Below are positions 1 through 9,259 of a DNA stretch of 64,000 nucleotides, piece by piece. A model generated the notes under the pieces. That model worked only from the letters and a program-made list of their open reading frames with translations. It had not been told where the DNA came from and ran no database searches. The translations under genes and the position numbers were made by a program. Position 1 is the stretch's first letter; every line of letters starts with the position of its first letter. Source of the stretch: a virus; IMG/VR virus record IMGVR_UViG_3300047287_000420, positions 20,286 through 84,285 of that record; one strand, 5' to 3'.

Positions 1-467
1 TGCAACCTTTATAGATCTGGTGTGGCCTGACGCAATAGCCCGTCCTACCCAGCTCGGGCACAATTTAACTTTCTCAAACGCAGGGATGCTGTGTCCAGAG
101 TATCTGTCCCTCACACAGGTACGCTGGACAAAGCCCGTAGGAGTTCTTTCTACGGTCATCGTCTCTGCAGCCAAGCCCGCAAGCCTTTAATTTTGCAGGT
201 TTGGCACAATTTAATAGCTTTTGTGCGCATAATGTGCGCCATAACTGACTTTAATTTGAGGTCAGTTTCCCGATTTCACTCTTTAGTGGGGCCTGGTATT
301 ACCTACCGGGCTCTACTTAAAGGTGGGATTCTTTGTATTCGTGATCACATTTGATCATGGTGCAAAGTTTCGTTTCTGCGTTTGTGTGTGACGCTCTCAC
401 TGTGTGTTACGATGCACACTGAGGGCCTCTACCCTCACCTTTTAGTACAGTTTCACAGGTACATCGT

Positions 468-773
468 ATGACTGAACTGACAATTAAGACCAACAATCAG
501 CCACGCCCGCTGTTCAATCCCTGCGAACTTTCGCAGTCTCAGCGTGCCAAACTGCGCCACCAATTTGATTGGATGAGCGATGAAGAGTTTGACCACAACT
601 GTTCATTCTTTCTCTATCGCGGTTGGTATTACAACCTCTCTGACTTCCTGACTAACACTAACCCTGACGGTCCGTTTAAGGGTTGGCACGGTATCGCTAG
701 CGATTCTTACTTCAGCGGAACGCTAGTCAAACTGTGCGGCAACGATGTTGTCGTCGGTCGCTATTGCTGCTGA
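468..773 (+). CDS. hypothetical early phage protein
   Basis: First ORF of a tightly packed + strand cluster of small genes; ATG start. Confidence 0.75.
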   Translation: MTELTIKTNNQPRPLFNPCELSQSQRAKLRHQFDWMSDEEFDHNCSFFLYRGWYYNLSDFLTNTNPDGPFKGWHGIASDSYFSGTLVKLCGNDVVVGRYCC

Positions 774-804
774 TAACTGTAACTAACACCATCGCAATCT
801 GATC

Positions 805-1203
805 ATGACAACCACATTCACACAATCCAAACTCGAATGGAGTGCTTATTGGCAGTGGGATGGTGAGCCTGAGATCGGTGGAATCTACACTCAGGACGTT
901 AGTTTTTACACAGACGATAATTATAAGTTCACTGTGTCATTCCGTATCGGTGAGGGTAGGACTCTTGGCCTACTGTTCGCCGAGGTTATAACTGTTAATC
1001 CACAGTTTGAAACACAGACAATGCACTATTGTTTCGGTCAGTTCTACAGAAACTCTGGAGCTAAGGTGTTCACACAGTTTGCACTTGATCACTTTATGCA
1101 AACTGAAACGTGGTCTGCGTGCCCGTCGTTTAACTGCGTTGATTACATCAACGGCGACCCATACACCCTCTCGGGTGATGAAATTGTTAGCGACATTGAT
1201 TGA
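805..1203 (+). CDS. hypothetical early protein
   Basis: 132-aa ORF with ATG in TGATCATG context, packed with neighbours. Confidence 0.7.
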   Translation: MTTTFTQSKLEWSAYWQWDGEPEIGGIYTQDVSFYTDDNYKFTVSFRIGEGRTLGLLFAEVITVNPQFETQTMHYCFGQFYRNSGAKVFTQFALDHFMQTETWSACPSFNCVDYINGDPYTLSGDEIVSDID

Positions 1204-1205
1204 TC

Positions 1206-1367
1206 ATGCAACCGATCCCGCACTTTAACTTCGTTAGTCGTCGCGAGGTTGAGTTTACTCTCGCTGCGCTTAATCGACTCGCACAATCTGGCGAGATTGA
1301 TCCTATTGAGCAAGACGAGTTTTACAACTTCTTAGACGCTTTTCAAACATTCGCCCTGCAAGTCTGA
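1206..1367 (+). CDS. small hypothetical protein (53 aa, not in ORF track)
   Basis: ATG 2 nt after the upstream TGA; MQPIPHFNFVSRREVEF...FALQV* exactly fills the gap to 1373. Confidence 0.6.
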   Translation: MQPIPHFNFVSRREVEFTLAALNRLAQSGEIDPIEQDEFYNFLDAFQTFALQV

Positions 1368-1372
1368 TCACA

Positions 1373-1684
1373 ATGGCTTACACAATCGACACAGTTGCTG
1401 CACGCGAACTAGAAGTGTACGCAGTCAACTTCTCATCTGCTCACTACAACACAGTGGGCAAGACTCTATCTAAGTTCTACAAGCAAGGTACATTCAGTCT
1501 CGACCGGGCTATTGCTTACATTGAGCGTTATTTACTTGTGCCAGCTGCTAAAGATTACAAACTCTGCTACGGCTCTATGTCTACATCGTGGAACTCTATG
1601 TTTCCCAAACCTGAGCGCCTTGTGGCTGCAGAATCTATCGCCCACAGCTTCGTTTCTGAGTTTCGTTTAGGTAACTTCTGGTGA
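1373..1684 (+). CDS. hypothetical early protein
   Basis: 103-aa ORF; stop overlaps the next start (GTGATG). Confidence 0.7.
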   Translation: MAYTIDTVAARELEVYAVNFSSAHYNTVGKTLSKFYKQGTFSLDRAIAYIERYLLVPAAKDYKLCYGSMSTSWNSMFPKPERLVAAESIAHSFVSEFRLGNFW

Positions 1685-1908
1685 TGACTAACAACATCGA
1701 CGACACTTACATCATCATGGACGATCTCATCAACAAGCAATTCACCATACAGCGTGATGTTCTGGCTAGCTGGAATGAACTACACAAGATGAAGCTCAAG
1801 CACGAGGCTTTGTTATCCGAACTGCGCAACGTTCGTGAGCAGATTAAGTATGAATCAGAGCCTTCTCTGTTTGATCAAATGTTCGGCGAAGTAGAACCTA
1901 ACCGCTAA
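1681..1908 (+). CDS. hypothetical coiled-coil protein
   Basis: ORF coupled to the upstream gene. Confidence 0.6.
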   Translation: MMTNNIDDTYIIMDDLINKQFTIQRDVLASWNELHKMKLKHEALLSELRNVREQIKYESEPSLFDQMFGEVEPNR

Positions 1909-1950
1909 CGCGGGCCAACTCACACAATACCAACAACATCACCATGAAAC
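1899..1950 (+). repeat. intergenic hairpin+leader repeat, copy 1
   Basis: TAACCGCTAACGCGGGCCAACTCACACAAT...CAACATCACCATGAAAC, nearly identical to 3159-3211. Confidence 0.8.
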
Positions 1951-2225
1951 TTTCCGTCTTTGATCTTCATCGTGGCTGCACAGAATACGTACAACTACCG
2001 TCAGGTAGGTGCGTTAATGTCCACGTTGCTCGCTTAGCTAACACCACAGAGGTTCACGTTCAAGCTAACAACGAACAGTGGCCGCAAGAATACAGCGACA
2101 CGTTTCTACATTGCAAGCGTTGTGTGAATGTGTTTCACAGTGCATCGAAGTCACTAACTCACGAAGACATTGAGTATCTACAGGATCGCTACTTCCGTCC
2201 CTACGAAGAACTTACCTTCGCCTGA
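1944..2225 (+). CDS. hypothetical early protein
   Basis: 93-aa ORF following the repeated leader. Confidence 0.7.
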   Translation: MKLSVFDLHRGCTEYVQLPSGRCVNVHVARLANTTEVHVQANNEQWPQEYSDTFLHCKRCVNVFHSASKSLTHEDIEYLQDRYFRPYEELTFA

Positions 2226-2227
2226 CT

Positions 2228-2428
2228 ATGTTTAAGCAACTCAAAGTAAATCTCACAATCTCCGCTGAACAACTCGAACTCTTGCACTTTCTTCTATGTA
2301 ACGACCGCATGAGAATCATGCGTGACAATCCAGACTCATTCAACAATCCTGGCTCTTATGCGGAACAGATCGAACAACTGTGGGCTTTAGTTACCCACAC
2401 TCGTGACAACAACCTAACCGCTGACTAA
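2228..2428 (+). CDS. hypothetical protein
   Basis: Coupled via TGACTATG. Confidence 0.65.
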   Translation: MFKQLKVNLTISAEQLELLHFLLCNDRMRIMRDNPDSFNNPGSYAEQIEQLWALVTHTRDNNLTAD

Positions 2429-2430
2429 TC

Positions 2431-2628
2431 ATGCAACTTCAAGTAACTGAGATCGAGTTCGACTTCGATGATGAGGATCCTGTGACTGCTGAGTATGCAC
2501 AGTTTATGCACACTGAAACTATCGGCCAGATCTGGGAAGTCGACGACGAAGATGATCTCATCGAAGAGATAACTTGCGCTACAGGTTGGTGTATCAAGTC
2601 AATCAACTACCGTCACATTCTCACCTGA
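2431..2628 (+). CDS. small acidic hypothetical protein
   Basis: EIEFDF...DDEDDLIEEITCATGWCI; coupled via TAATCATG. Confidence 0.7.
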   Translation: MQLQVTEIEFDFDDEDPVTAEYAQFMHTETIGQIWEVDDEDDLIEEITCATGWCIKSINYRHILT

Positions 2629-2630
2629 TC

Positions 2631-2798
2631 ATGTACTACATCCAACGCCGTTCAATCAACCACAACTACCTAGAAACTGTTGACGAGTTCGAGTCTCACA
2701 AAGAGGCTAAAGCCACGCTGCATGAGTATCAAATCTGTGATTACTCAGCCGACTACTACATCAGTTCACGTTGCTGTAAAGCATGGAGGGAATCGTGA
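2631..2798 (+). CDS. hypothetical protein
   Basis: ATG at 2631 after TGATC; 3' part of track ORF 2574..2798. Confidence 0.65.
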   Translation: MYYIQRRSINHNYLETVDEFESHKEAKATLHEYQICDYSADYYISSRCCKAWRES

Positions 2799-2974
2799 CA
2801 CAGACACAGTTTGACAAACTCTACACAGCTATCTACGAAGCTTATGAGTTTGCAGCACTTAAAGATGAGTACATTCGGTCGACTTTAGGTGACGCGCTTG
2901 ATCACATGATCTTGCTCAAACAGCAGAAACTTATCTACCCAGACAATGAAACAATCAGCCAACCTAGTCCGTGA
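2783..2974 (+). CDS. hypothetical protein
   Basis: Packed ORF; start may be GTG at 2795. Confidence 0.55.
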   Translation: MEGIVTQTQFDKLYTAIYEAYEFAALKDEYIRSTLGDALDHMILLKQQKLIYPDNETISQPSP

Positions 2975-3161
2975 ACAAACTAGAGCAATAGATCTGTGGA
3001 CACTACTGCACGATGCTGAGCAACTTGTAGTTAATCACGAGTATCTCCACGCTCGTATGCACCAACGTCTACAAGATCTTATGAATGTCGTTGAGTCTTA
3101 TCAAGAAGCGATTGAGCTAAAGCTTGAGCAAGACAACATCGACAGCGACTACTTAGCTTAA
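2946..3161 (+). CDS. hypothetical helical protein
   Basis: Packed ORF ending at the repeated hairpin. Confidence 0.6.
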   Translation: MKQSANLVREQTRAIDLWTLLHDAEQLVVNHEYLHARMHQRLQDLMNVVESYQEAIELKLEQDNIDSDYLA

Positions 3162-3211
3162 CCCGCTAGCGCGGGGCCAACTCACACAATCACTTCAACA
3201 TCACATGAAAC
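3159..3211 (+). repeat. intergenic hairpin+leader repeat, copy 2
   Basis: TAACCCGCTAGCGCGGGGCCAACTCACACAAT...CAACATCACATGAAAC. Confidence 0.8.
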
Positions 3212-3522
3212 GATTGCTTTTGTTGTTCCCTATGATGTTCATCAACCCAGTTAGTGCTCGCCCAGTTACTGCAACTGTTTACCACGAGTGGTATCACGCG
3301 AGAGAAACTTACTGCGGTCAAACTTACCAGCATTGGGGTATTTCAGCTGCTCACCCTTGGCTACCTTGCGGCACAAAGGTTCGCGTTCAGCACAAAGGCC
3401 GAAGCCTAACTGTACCGATCACAGATCGCTGTGAATGTAACTCGATCGACTTGTCGGCTGGCGCAGCCTATCGCCTAGGTGTACCGATTAATGGTATCGC
3501 AACAGTATCCATACACTACTAG
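3205..3522 (+). CDS. RlpA-like double-psi beta-barrel (lytic transglycosylase-like) secreted protein
   Basis: Signal peptide; SAAHPWLPCGTKVRV...V.ITDRC...IDLSAGAA..LG matches the RlpA DPBB pattern. Confidence 0.85.
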   Translation: MKRLLLLFPMMFINPVSARPVTATVYHEWYHARETYCGQTYQHWGISAAHPWLPCGTKVRVQHKGRSLTVPITDRCECNSIDLSAGAAYRLGVPINGIATVSIHY

Positions 3523-3531
3523 CACAGTGCC

Positions 3532-3559
3532 TTGACTGTTCCGACAGGCATGGTATAGT
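3532..3559 (+). promoter_or_regulatory. sigma70-type promoter
   Basis: TTGACT-16 bp-TATAGT with TG extended -10, intergenic. Confidence 0.7.
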
Positions 3560-3608
3560 GTAGCGGCCTCTCGCTGCATCACATCTTCTACGGTCATCAT
3601 TTTTGATC

Positions 3609-3833
3609 ATGACAAATCACATTCCTTACGATCTTTACAACTTGAGCTGGCACTCTCTCGCGTATCACTCTCTCGCTCGCTTCAAGCAAATCGTGCGGAA
3701 CGATTGCACGATTCCTCCAGATGTAGTCGAGCAGATCGAAGACAACATCATCCCTGCCCTTGAGTATCTCGAAGGGTGGGAACCTACAGATGACATGATT
3801 CAAACCTACATCGACTCTCACGGGATGATCTGA
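3609..3833 (+). CDS. hypothetical protein
   Basis: ORF downstream of promoter; TGATG coupling to the next gene. Confidence 0.65.
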   Translation: MTNHIPYDLYNLSWHSLAYHSLARFKQIVRNDCTIPPDVVEQIEDNIIPALEYLEGWEPTDDMIQTYIDSHGMI

Positions 3834-4036
3834 TGATTCAAATTGTCGTTGACGATGAGTATGGCGCACCGTTCGCCATTGATACCTTCCTAACCATTGA
3901 GGATGCTCGTCACGCTCTAAATGAGCTGGAGTGCTCTCTTGAAGACTGCATGACACCAGCGCGTGCGCATCGCCTTATACAGGCAATAGATCAACTTAAG
4001 ACATCCATTGCAGACCATGAAGATGGTGACGATTAA
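3833..4036 (+). CDS. hypothetical protein
   Basis: Coupled ORF. Confidence 0.6.
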   Translation: MIQIVVDDEYGAPFAIDTFLTIEDARHALNELECSLEDCMTPARAHRLIQAIDQLKTSIADHEDGDD

Positions 4037-4388
4037 CACGAACGAAGGCGCTTTCAAGATCCCTACTAAGTGGATGGGAGAAGCCTTGGCTGTCCACCGC
4101 CCAGTTGTCGGTTTCGGTGGCAAACTCAGCAAAGAGAAATGCACCTGGACAATCACTCACATTGAGTCAGGAATGACGGCCGGTAGGTATAACGGCCCTA
4201 TGAACGAAGCAATCAAGCTAGCTAAGGCATGGGATCTCACGTTCAGAGATGAACTACCTGGCCCCGAACCTGATGCGAAAGCTTGGGTACGCAAAGATCA
4301 ATGGCTAAACCAAATCCGGCAGTTCAGCCCAATCGCAGCACCCGATTCCTTTGAAGCTGTAGTCAACCATTACAACACTGAATCATGA
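4017..4388 (+). CDS. hypothetical protein
   Basis: ORF with ATGA overlap to the next gene. Confidence 0.7.
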   Translation: MKMVTINTNEGAFKIPTKWMGEALAVHRPVVGFGGKLSKEKCTWTITHIESGMTAGRYNGPMNEAIKLAKAWDLTFRDELPGPEPDAKAWVRKDQWLNQIRQFSPIAAPDSFEAVVNHYNTES

Positions 4389-4750
4389 GAACCATCGAAA
4401 AGAAGATGCTCAGCGCAATCATCGAGCGCAAGAACTTCAGCCTGGATAACACTCGCGTTGAGTGTATTAACTTTCCACATCCTGTGGATTCTGAAGATCG
4501 CATCATCGACCGCTGCAATGTCTACCTGCACAACAACCTCATCGCCACGGTGACTCCTGACGATGTAACAGTCAACAACTGTGGGTGGAGGACAAACACA
4601 ACTAAGTCTCGCCTGCACGTTATCTTGCGTGAGTTCTGCGGTGCTTGTGTGTCACAAACTAATTTCGAGTGGTTTCTGACTACACAGAACGAAGTGATCC
4701 CCATGGTCGACAAGCAGGATTACACTGTTAGCCGAGTTCCAATGCACTAA
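4385..4750 (+). CDS. conserved phage hypothetical protein
   Basis: VYLHNNLIA...GWRTNTTKSRL motif of a type seen in phage early genes. Confidence 0.75.
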   Translation: MRTIEKKMLSAIIERKNFSLDNTRVECINFPHPVDSEDRIIDRCNVYLHNNLIATVTPDDVTVNNCGWRTNTTKSRLHVILREFCGACVSQTNFEWFLTTQNEVIPMVDKQDYTVSRVPMH

Positions 4751-5004
4751 TGCCTCTGCCTAACCTGCGAACCAACCAACGTAATCTCATACGTTTGGTA
4801 GCACAACACGAACACCGTTACCCCGATGAACCCTGCTACCTCGGCAAAGTCACAGCAAGTAGGCAAAACGTCTTTCTAAAAGCTGTTGCTTCACTGGAAG
4901 AACGGAAACTTGTAGAAATCGACCGCACAAGTAACAACTTCAGGGCCTGGACAATTAAGCTTCTAGTTCCTCTCGAAGATGTAATCCCTCAGTCCCTCAA
5001 CTAA
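4750..5004 (+). CDS. hypothetical protein, possible winged helix
   Basis: KAVASLEERKLVEI resembles a wHTH recognition helix and wing. Confidence 0.55.
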   Translation: MPLPNLRTNQRNLIRLVAQHEHRYPDEPCYLGKVTASRQNVFLKAVASLEERKLVEIDRTSNNFRAWTIKLLVPLEDVIPQSLN

Positions 5005-5006
5005 CC

Positions 5007-5285
5007 ATGAAACTCCTTACTTCCTTACTCCTTTCTTCTTTCGCTTCGTTCCTCATCGCCACGCCGGCTAAAGCTCAATGGGCGATGACTTGCACTCGTG
5101 ACTACAACAGCTCAGTAAATCTGCGGACACAACCATCAACACGAGCAACAGTTATTGCTTCGATCCCGAACGAAAGTTATCTCCGTGCACTGACTTGGGT
5201 ATGGGGCGGAGACAAACTGCGCTGGTGGAAGGTTGAGTACAACGGCCTCGTGGGTTGGATGCGTTCTGATTACCTATGCAGATAA
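5007..5285 (+). CDS. secreted bacterial SH3-domain protein
   Basis: Signal peptide (AKA-Q); VNLRTQPS...WWKVEYNGLVGWMRSDYL is an SH3b signature. Confidence 0.85.
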   Translation: MKLLTSLLLSSFASFLIATPAKAQWAMTCTRDYNSSVNLRTQPSTRATVIASIPNESYLRALTWVWGGDKLRWWKVEYNGLVGWMRSDYLCR

Positions 5286-5310
5286 TTTCTACACACTACA
5301 AGGTTTAACA

Positions 5311-5646
5311 ATGACTCAAGAACACCCGATTACTCCGCCGCCTAAGCTGATACGCAAGTGGAACGAAGAAGCTGCCAACACGCCAATGGCAGATCAGCGG
5401 TACATCGCCACCCAAGCAGCTCGCTGGGGTGCTGATCAGGAGCTGGAGGCGTGCTGTGCAGACCTGCGAATGGTTCTTGGACCCGACCAAGCTGATTGGC
5501 TGCGCTCCGTGCGCCGCCCCAAGCCGCCGAGCTTGAAAGAGCAGGCGCTACTTCAGTTAGACACACTCAACGCAGATTTGTCTATGCACGGGATGGGTTG
5601 TGACCTATCTCAGATCCGCCGCGCTCTTGAATCTCTGCCTGAGTAA
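5311..5646 (+). CDS. hypothetical protein (HPITPPP...RALE type)
   Basis: ATG at 5311; higher GC than neighbours, cassette-like. Confidence 0.7.
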   Translation: MTQEHPITPPPKLIRKWNEEAANTPMADQRYIATQAARWGADQELEACCADLRMVLGPDQADWLRSVRRPKPPSLKEQALLQLDTLNADLSMHGMGCDLSQIRRALESLPE

Positions 5647-5651
5647 TTACC

Positions 5652-5867
5652 ATGGCCCATCAGATTGAACCCGTTGAATTTATCAAACCTGATTTTGCTT
5701 ACATTTATGCAAAAGTTGCTCGTCACGTGGCTGCGGCTTATGCCGTGTGCGGCTATGACGAAGATGTGGTGGCAAAAGAACTCGGGTTAGCGATGAAAGC
5801 CATTGAAACATTTGAGCACGCAAGCATGACTATTTACTCCGTTGTTCCAAGTTCTGAAGGCCAGTAG
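5652..5867 (+). CDS. hypothetical protein
   Basis: ORF ending in CCAGTAGTC motif. Confidence 0.6.
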   Translation: MAHQIEPVEFIKPDFAYIYAKVARHVAAAYAVCGYDEDVVAKELGLAMKAIETFEHASMTIYSVVPSSEGQ

Positions 5868-5890
5868 TCAACTCCCCTAACGAGATCACT

Positions 5891-6289
5891 ATGTTTCGCA
5901 AATTAGGTTGGGTAGCAGTAGGCGTTGGTGCCTTCTTCGTGGCTTCGATCTGCGTAAGTCTCGGGGGCATGGTTGTATCAGCTTTGATACCTGGCCCTTC
6001 TAAAGACAAACCAGGGAAACTCGAAGCTGACCCACAGCAGGCGGCAAAATCTGAGTGGCTGCAGCAGCTCGAAGGTGGTGGCCCGACCGCTTCGAAAGAA
6101 GCTAAGGAAACACCAGAGGCAGAGGCACCGAAGGAACAACAACCAGCGCCCGAAACTGCTGTGTTTCAACAAGCTGACCCAACACCTGCTGCTGCCCCGC
6201 CAGCGCCTACAGTGGGTCCGGGCAACTTCGAATCACCTACCCCTTACCTACCTCCTCCGGCTACACAATCAGGCCCTGGGAACATGTAA
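5891..6289 (+). CDS. membrane-anchored Pro/Ala/Glu-rich protein
   Basis: N-terminal hydrophobic helix followed by a low-complexity tail. Confidence 0.7.
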   Translation: MFRKLGWVAVGVGAFFVASICVSLGGMVVSALIPGPSKDKPGKLEADPQQAAKSEWLQQLEGGGPTASKEAKETPEAEAPKEQQPAPETAVFQQADPTPAAAPPAPTVGPGNFESPTPYLPPPATQSGPGNM

Positions 6290-6292
6290 CTA

Positions 6293-7036
6293 ATGAAACT
6301 CAAGATGTACGCTTTAGTTGGATCACTTAGTGGCGTTGTTCTAGCGCTCGGCTTTCACCAAGGGCAACAGTTTTTCAAATCAAGAGAAGAAGTTAGCGAG
6401 TATCACCAGCAGATGCTGCTCGCAATGGAACAACCTTTAGAGTTGGGCAGCGATCCGGCTCGAACTTATCCCGATGGTGGGCTACCTCTGGACGCTACAC
6501 CTGAACCAGGTTACCCAGACGAACCAGGATCTCTACGCCCGTCCATACAGTTCACACATCAACCTCCACCACTTCCTCCGCTATCTAACACACCGTTCCT
6601 CGTACTTAAAAAATCATCGCAGTCGATCAAGTCAACTAAGGATCCTATTTGGACACTCCAGCTGATCAGTAAGGATGGAACTGTCCTAGATAGCCTGCAG
6701 GCTGTGACGGGTAGAGCGTCCCGACAAGCAGTTAATCGTCACATCGCTGGCACAAAGGCCCCTCTGCCTGTCGGAACTTACCGGATTGATCGAGCAGGAA
6801 TCGAACGCGGACCCTTCAGCGATCCCGAATTAGGTCGCGGCTATTGGGTGCCGATCACTCCTCTGTTCGCCACAGGGCGATCCGAGCTTGGCTTTCACGT
6901 TGATCCTTCCTGGGGCAAACTCAACGGAGAGTCAGGCACTAGCGGTTGTATCGGTCTTGAGAACGTCGACGCAACTGTAAAGCTCGTGACGTGGATCAAG
7001 CACTTCAACGTATCCAAACTCATTGTTCAATCGTGA
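6293..7036 (+). CDS. L,D-transpeptidase (YkuD-like) with N-terminal membrane anchor
   Basis: PLPVGTY motif and GFH...TSGCIGL His/Cys catalytic motif. Confidence 0.85.
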   Translation: MKLKMYALVGSLSGVVLALGFHQGQQFFKSREEVSEYHQQMLLAMEQPLELGSDPARTYPDGGLPLDATPEPGYPDEPGSLRPSIQFTHQPPPLPPLSNTPFLVLKKSSQSIKSTKDPIWTLQLISKDGTVLDSLQAVTGRASRQAVNRHIAGTKAPLPVGTYRIDRAGIERGPFSDPELGRGYWVPITPLFATGRSELGFHVDPSWGKLNGESGTSGCIGLENVDATVKLVTWIKHFNVSKLIVQS

Positions 7037-7194
7037 TGCGCACCACTTACCAGAAACTGCAGATCCTCGCCCTGATCTTCTCTGCTTCAATTCTGTTGAG
7101 TGCTGTGATGCGAGGAGGGACAGTGGCGAAAACGGATTCGATGCAATGCCCAGTTGCCCCCAACGGCAAACTCTATTACGGACCTGGTTGCTGA
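7036..7194 (+). CDS. small membrane/secreted protein
   Basis: TGATG coupling; hydrophobic N-terminus and two Cys. Confidence 0.55.
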   Translation: MRTTYQKLQILALIFSASILLSAVMRGGTVAKTDSMQCPVAPNGKLYYGPGC

Positions 7195-7431
7195 TGAAGA
7201 TTCAACCTTAAACTCAACCCGAAACCTCCGGCTGCTTGTGACTTCCCCAATCACCATCGTTCTTCATTCTCAGATCAGCAGCAAACACATCACCTACACA
7301 AACATCAGCCCTCAAACATTGCTCTCTGTGATCAAGGGCAGCAAGAGCAAGCCGGCTCGTGAGTTAGCAAACCGACTCATCCCAATCTTGGAAGACCTAT
7401 CCAAGTAGACTTCTGACGCACATCCCTCAGC

Positions 7432-7554
7432 ATGAAGCTCCTCACTAACCTCATCCTGATCTCAATCAGTCTTGTTTCTTTTAGCTCTGTGGCTGCCCAC
7501 GCGCATCACACCGGGCAACACACCGAAGTCAACCAAGAACAATGTCAGAAGTAA
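7432..7554 (+). CDS. small secreted His-rich peptide (40 aa, not in track)
   Basis: MKLLTNLILISISLVSFSSVAAHA-HHTGQHTEVNQEQCQK*; signal peptide with AxA site. Confidence 0.5.
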   Translation: MKLLTNLILISISLVSFSSVAAHAHHTGQHTEVNQEQCQK

Positions 7555-7739
7555 GCTTCACGCTCAAGGACATTCTCACCCTCCGGCGTGCTCTGAATGC
7601 TTTGGTTGTAAGGCAGGAACTTAACTTGCTGTCTGCCTCTGAGTCGATGAAAGAAGAGATCACAGCGACCTTGCTGGATCTGCACAACTTGGACATCAAA
7701 TTACTACAGTTAAAACCTGAATGCTCTCGCTCGCAATAG
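7542..7739 (+). CDS. hypothetical protein
   Basis: Leu-rich helical ORF. Confidence 0.55.
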   Translation: MSEVSFTLKDILTLRRALNALVVRQELNLLSASESMKEEITATLLDLHNLDIKLLQLKPECSRSQ

Positions 7740-8035
7740 AACCCTTTGCTCGGTACAATCCGCGTGAAGTATCCTGTACAACACTACTTATCTTTCTTGC
7801 CGTAGGGGAGTCTCAAGAGGGGCTCCTTCAGACGGACATAGCCCGGAAGCTGGACATCCCAAAGTCAAGCGTTAGTAGAAATTGCAGCATCCTGGATTCA
7901 CAAACTCAAAAGGGTGAACCTGGTATGGGCCTCATCAGCAGGGAGCCCTGGCACGCAGATCAAAGAATCAAGTTTGTGAAACTAACAGAGAAGGGTCGCG
8001 CACTCTTTGATGAAATTCACAGCAAACTGAGTTAG
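7721..8035 (+). CDS. MarR-family winged-helix regulator
   Basis: QTDIARKLDIPKSSVSRNC...DQRIKFVKLTEKG. Confidence 0.85.
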   Translation: MLSLAIEPFARYNPREVSCTTLLIFLAVGESQEGLLQTDIARKLDIPKSSVSRNCSILDSQTQKGEPGMGLISREPWHADQRIKFVKLTEKGRALFDEIHSKLS

Positions 8036-8060
8036 TCTCTCTGTCAGCTTATTGCTTCTT

Positions 8061-8576
8061 ATGGTGCTTCCGGACTGGCGGATCACAGCTCTCTGCCAAG
8101 GTGGAATGATCGAACCGTTCGATCCCACGATGGTCAACCCGGCCAGTCTGGACATAACTCTCGGAACAAACATCTTCGTAGAGGTTGAAGACGGAGGTCT
8201 GCTACCTAAAGACATTTCAGATCACACAAGATCTAATCCGTACCTACTGCTTCCTAACGAGTTCATCCTGGCTCAAAGCGCGGAAGTCTTCAACATCCCA
8301 GACTTTATCTGTGCTCAGTTTGCGCTTAAGTCATCCCTCGCCCGTGCAGGATTAGAGCACCTGATGGCGGGCTACATCGACCCAGGCTTCAACAACTCTG
8401 TGCTAACGCTCGAGTTCAAGAACGCTAAAAGGTTTAGTGCTTTCCCTCTGTGGCCTGGTATGCGGTGCGGTCAGATCATCTTTACTGAAATGTCTGACAC
8501 GCCTCAGGTTAGCTACAGATACACAGGCAGATACAATCACGATGCCAAGGTAGCCAGATCGAAGGGTCTCCTCTGA
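8061..8576 (+). CDS. dcd: dCTP deaminase
   Basis: NPASLDITLG, KSSLARAG, IDPGF, RCGQIIF and Y.GRY motifs. Confidence 0.9.
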   Translation: MVLPDWRITALCQGGMIEPFDPTMVNPASLDITLGTNIFVEVEDGGLLPKDISDHTRSNPYLLLPNEFILAQSAEVFNIPDFICAQFALKSSLARAGLEHLMAGYIDPGFNNSVLTLEFKNAKRFSAFPLWPGMRCGQIIFTEMSDTPQVSYRYTGRYNHDAKVARSKGLL

Positions 8577-8745
8577 TCTAAACGGATCTCTGCAGGGAGA
8601 TCCCGTAAGACTCAGATGAGAAAGATAAAAGTATTTAAGTATGTCCAGGTTTGTTGATAATCTTTTTATAGAAAAAGAAATTTAACTATGAAAAGTTACA
8701 CATAGTACCCCGCCAAGCGTGTACAGATAAATTTCTGCGCAAGGG

Positions 8746-8774
8746 TTGACACGGTAAGCTGAGTGATGTACATT
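8746..8774 (+). promoter_or_regulatory. sigma70-type promoter of the AAA/VWA operon
   Basis: TTGACA-17 bp-TACATT, downstream of an AT-rich tract. Confidence 0.75.
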
Positions 8775-8831
8775 GCTCTGCATGGGCGGCACCGGCCCTA
8801 AACGTGGTGCGCCTCCTTCGAATCACATCAA

Positions 8832-9257
8832 ATGACTAAGGTCACTACACAATCCCTGGTCGAACAGGGGCGCATCAGTGCAGAGCGTTACGATGCGTGC
8901 GACAACGCCCTGGCCGAGCTGAACGGAAGTTTCGGGACAGAGTACGAAGCTGCTCGGAGCAACCTCACAACCATGCTCTGCCACGCAGATCACTTCGGGT
9001 TGGATCTGTCCGTCTTCAAGGGCGACGACTCTCTGTTTAAGTTTCCTGAGTTCCGTACGAACATCGTTGTACGTATCGACCGGAGCCCCTCGCCTCACAT
9101 CAAACTCGACAAGATCAACGACAAGATCGCAGACCTGGAGCGCAAGCTGAAGCTGGCGAAGATCGAACGCGACAGCTTGATTAAACAACTCAACTTGACC
9201 GGGGCAGTCGATCTGGTCACTGACAAAATCACCGCAGTCTTCCGTCGTCTTAAGTGA
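8832..9257 (+). CDS. hypothetical coiled-coil protein
   Basis: First gene after the promoter; C-terminal coiled coil. Confidence 0.8.
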   Translation: MTKVTTQSLVEQGRISAERYDACDNALAELNGSFGTEYEAARSNLTTMLCHADHFGLDLSVFKGDDSLFKFPEFRTNIVVRIDRSPSPHIKLDKINDKIADLERKLKLAKIERDSLIKQLNLTGAVDLVTDKITAVFRRLK

Positions 9258-9259
9258 TC

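Noticed and set aside
91-354. 87-aa ORF at the window start
   Set aside because: GTG start, atypical composition and no coupling to neighbours; likely non-coding leader or terminal region
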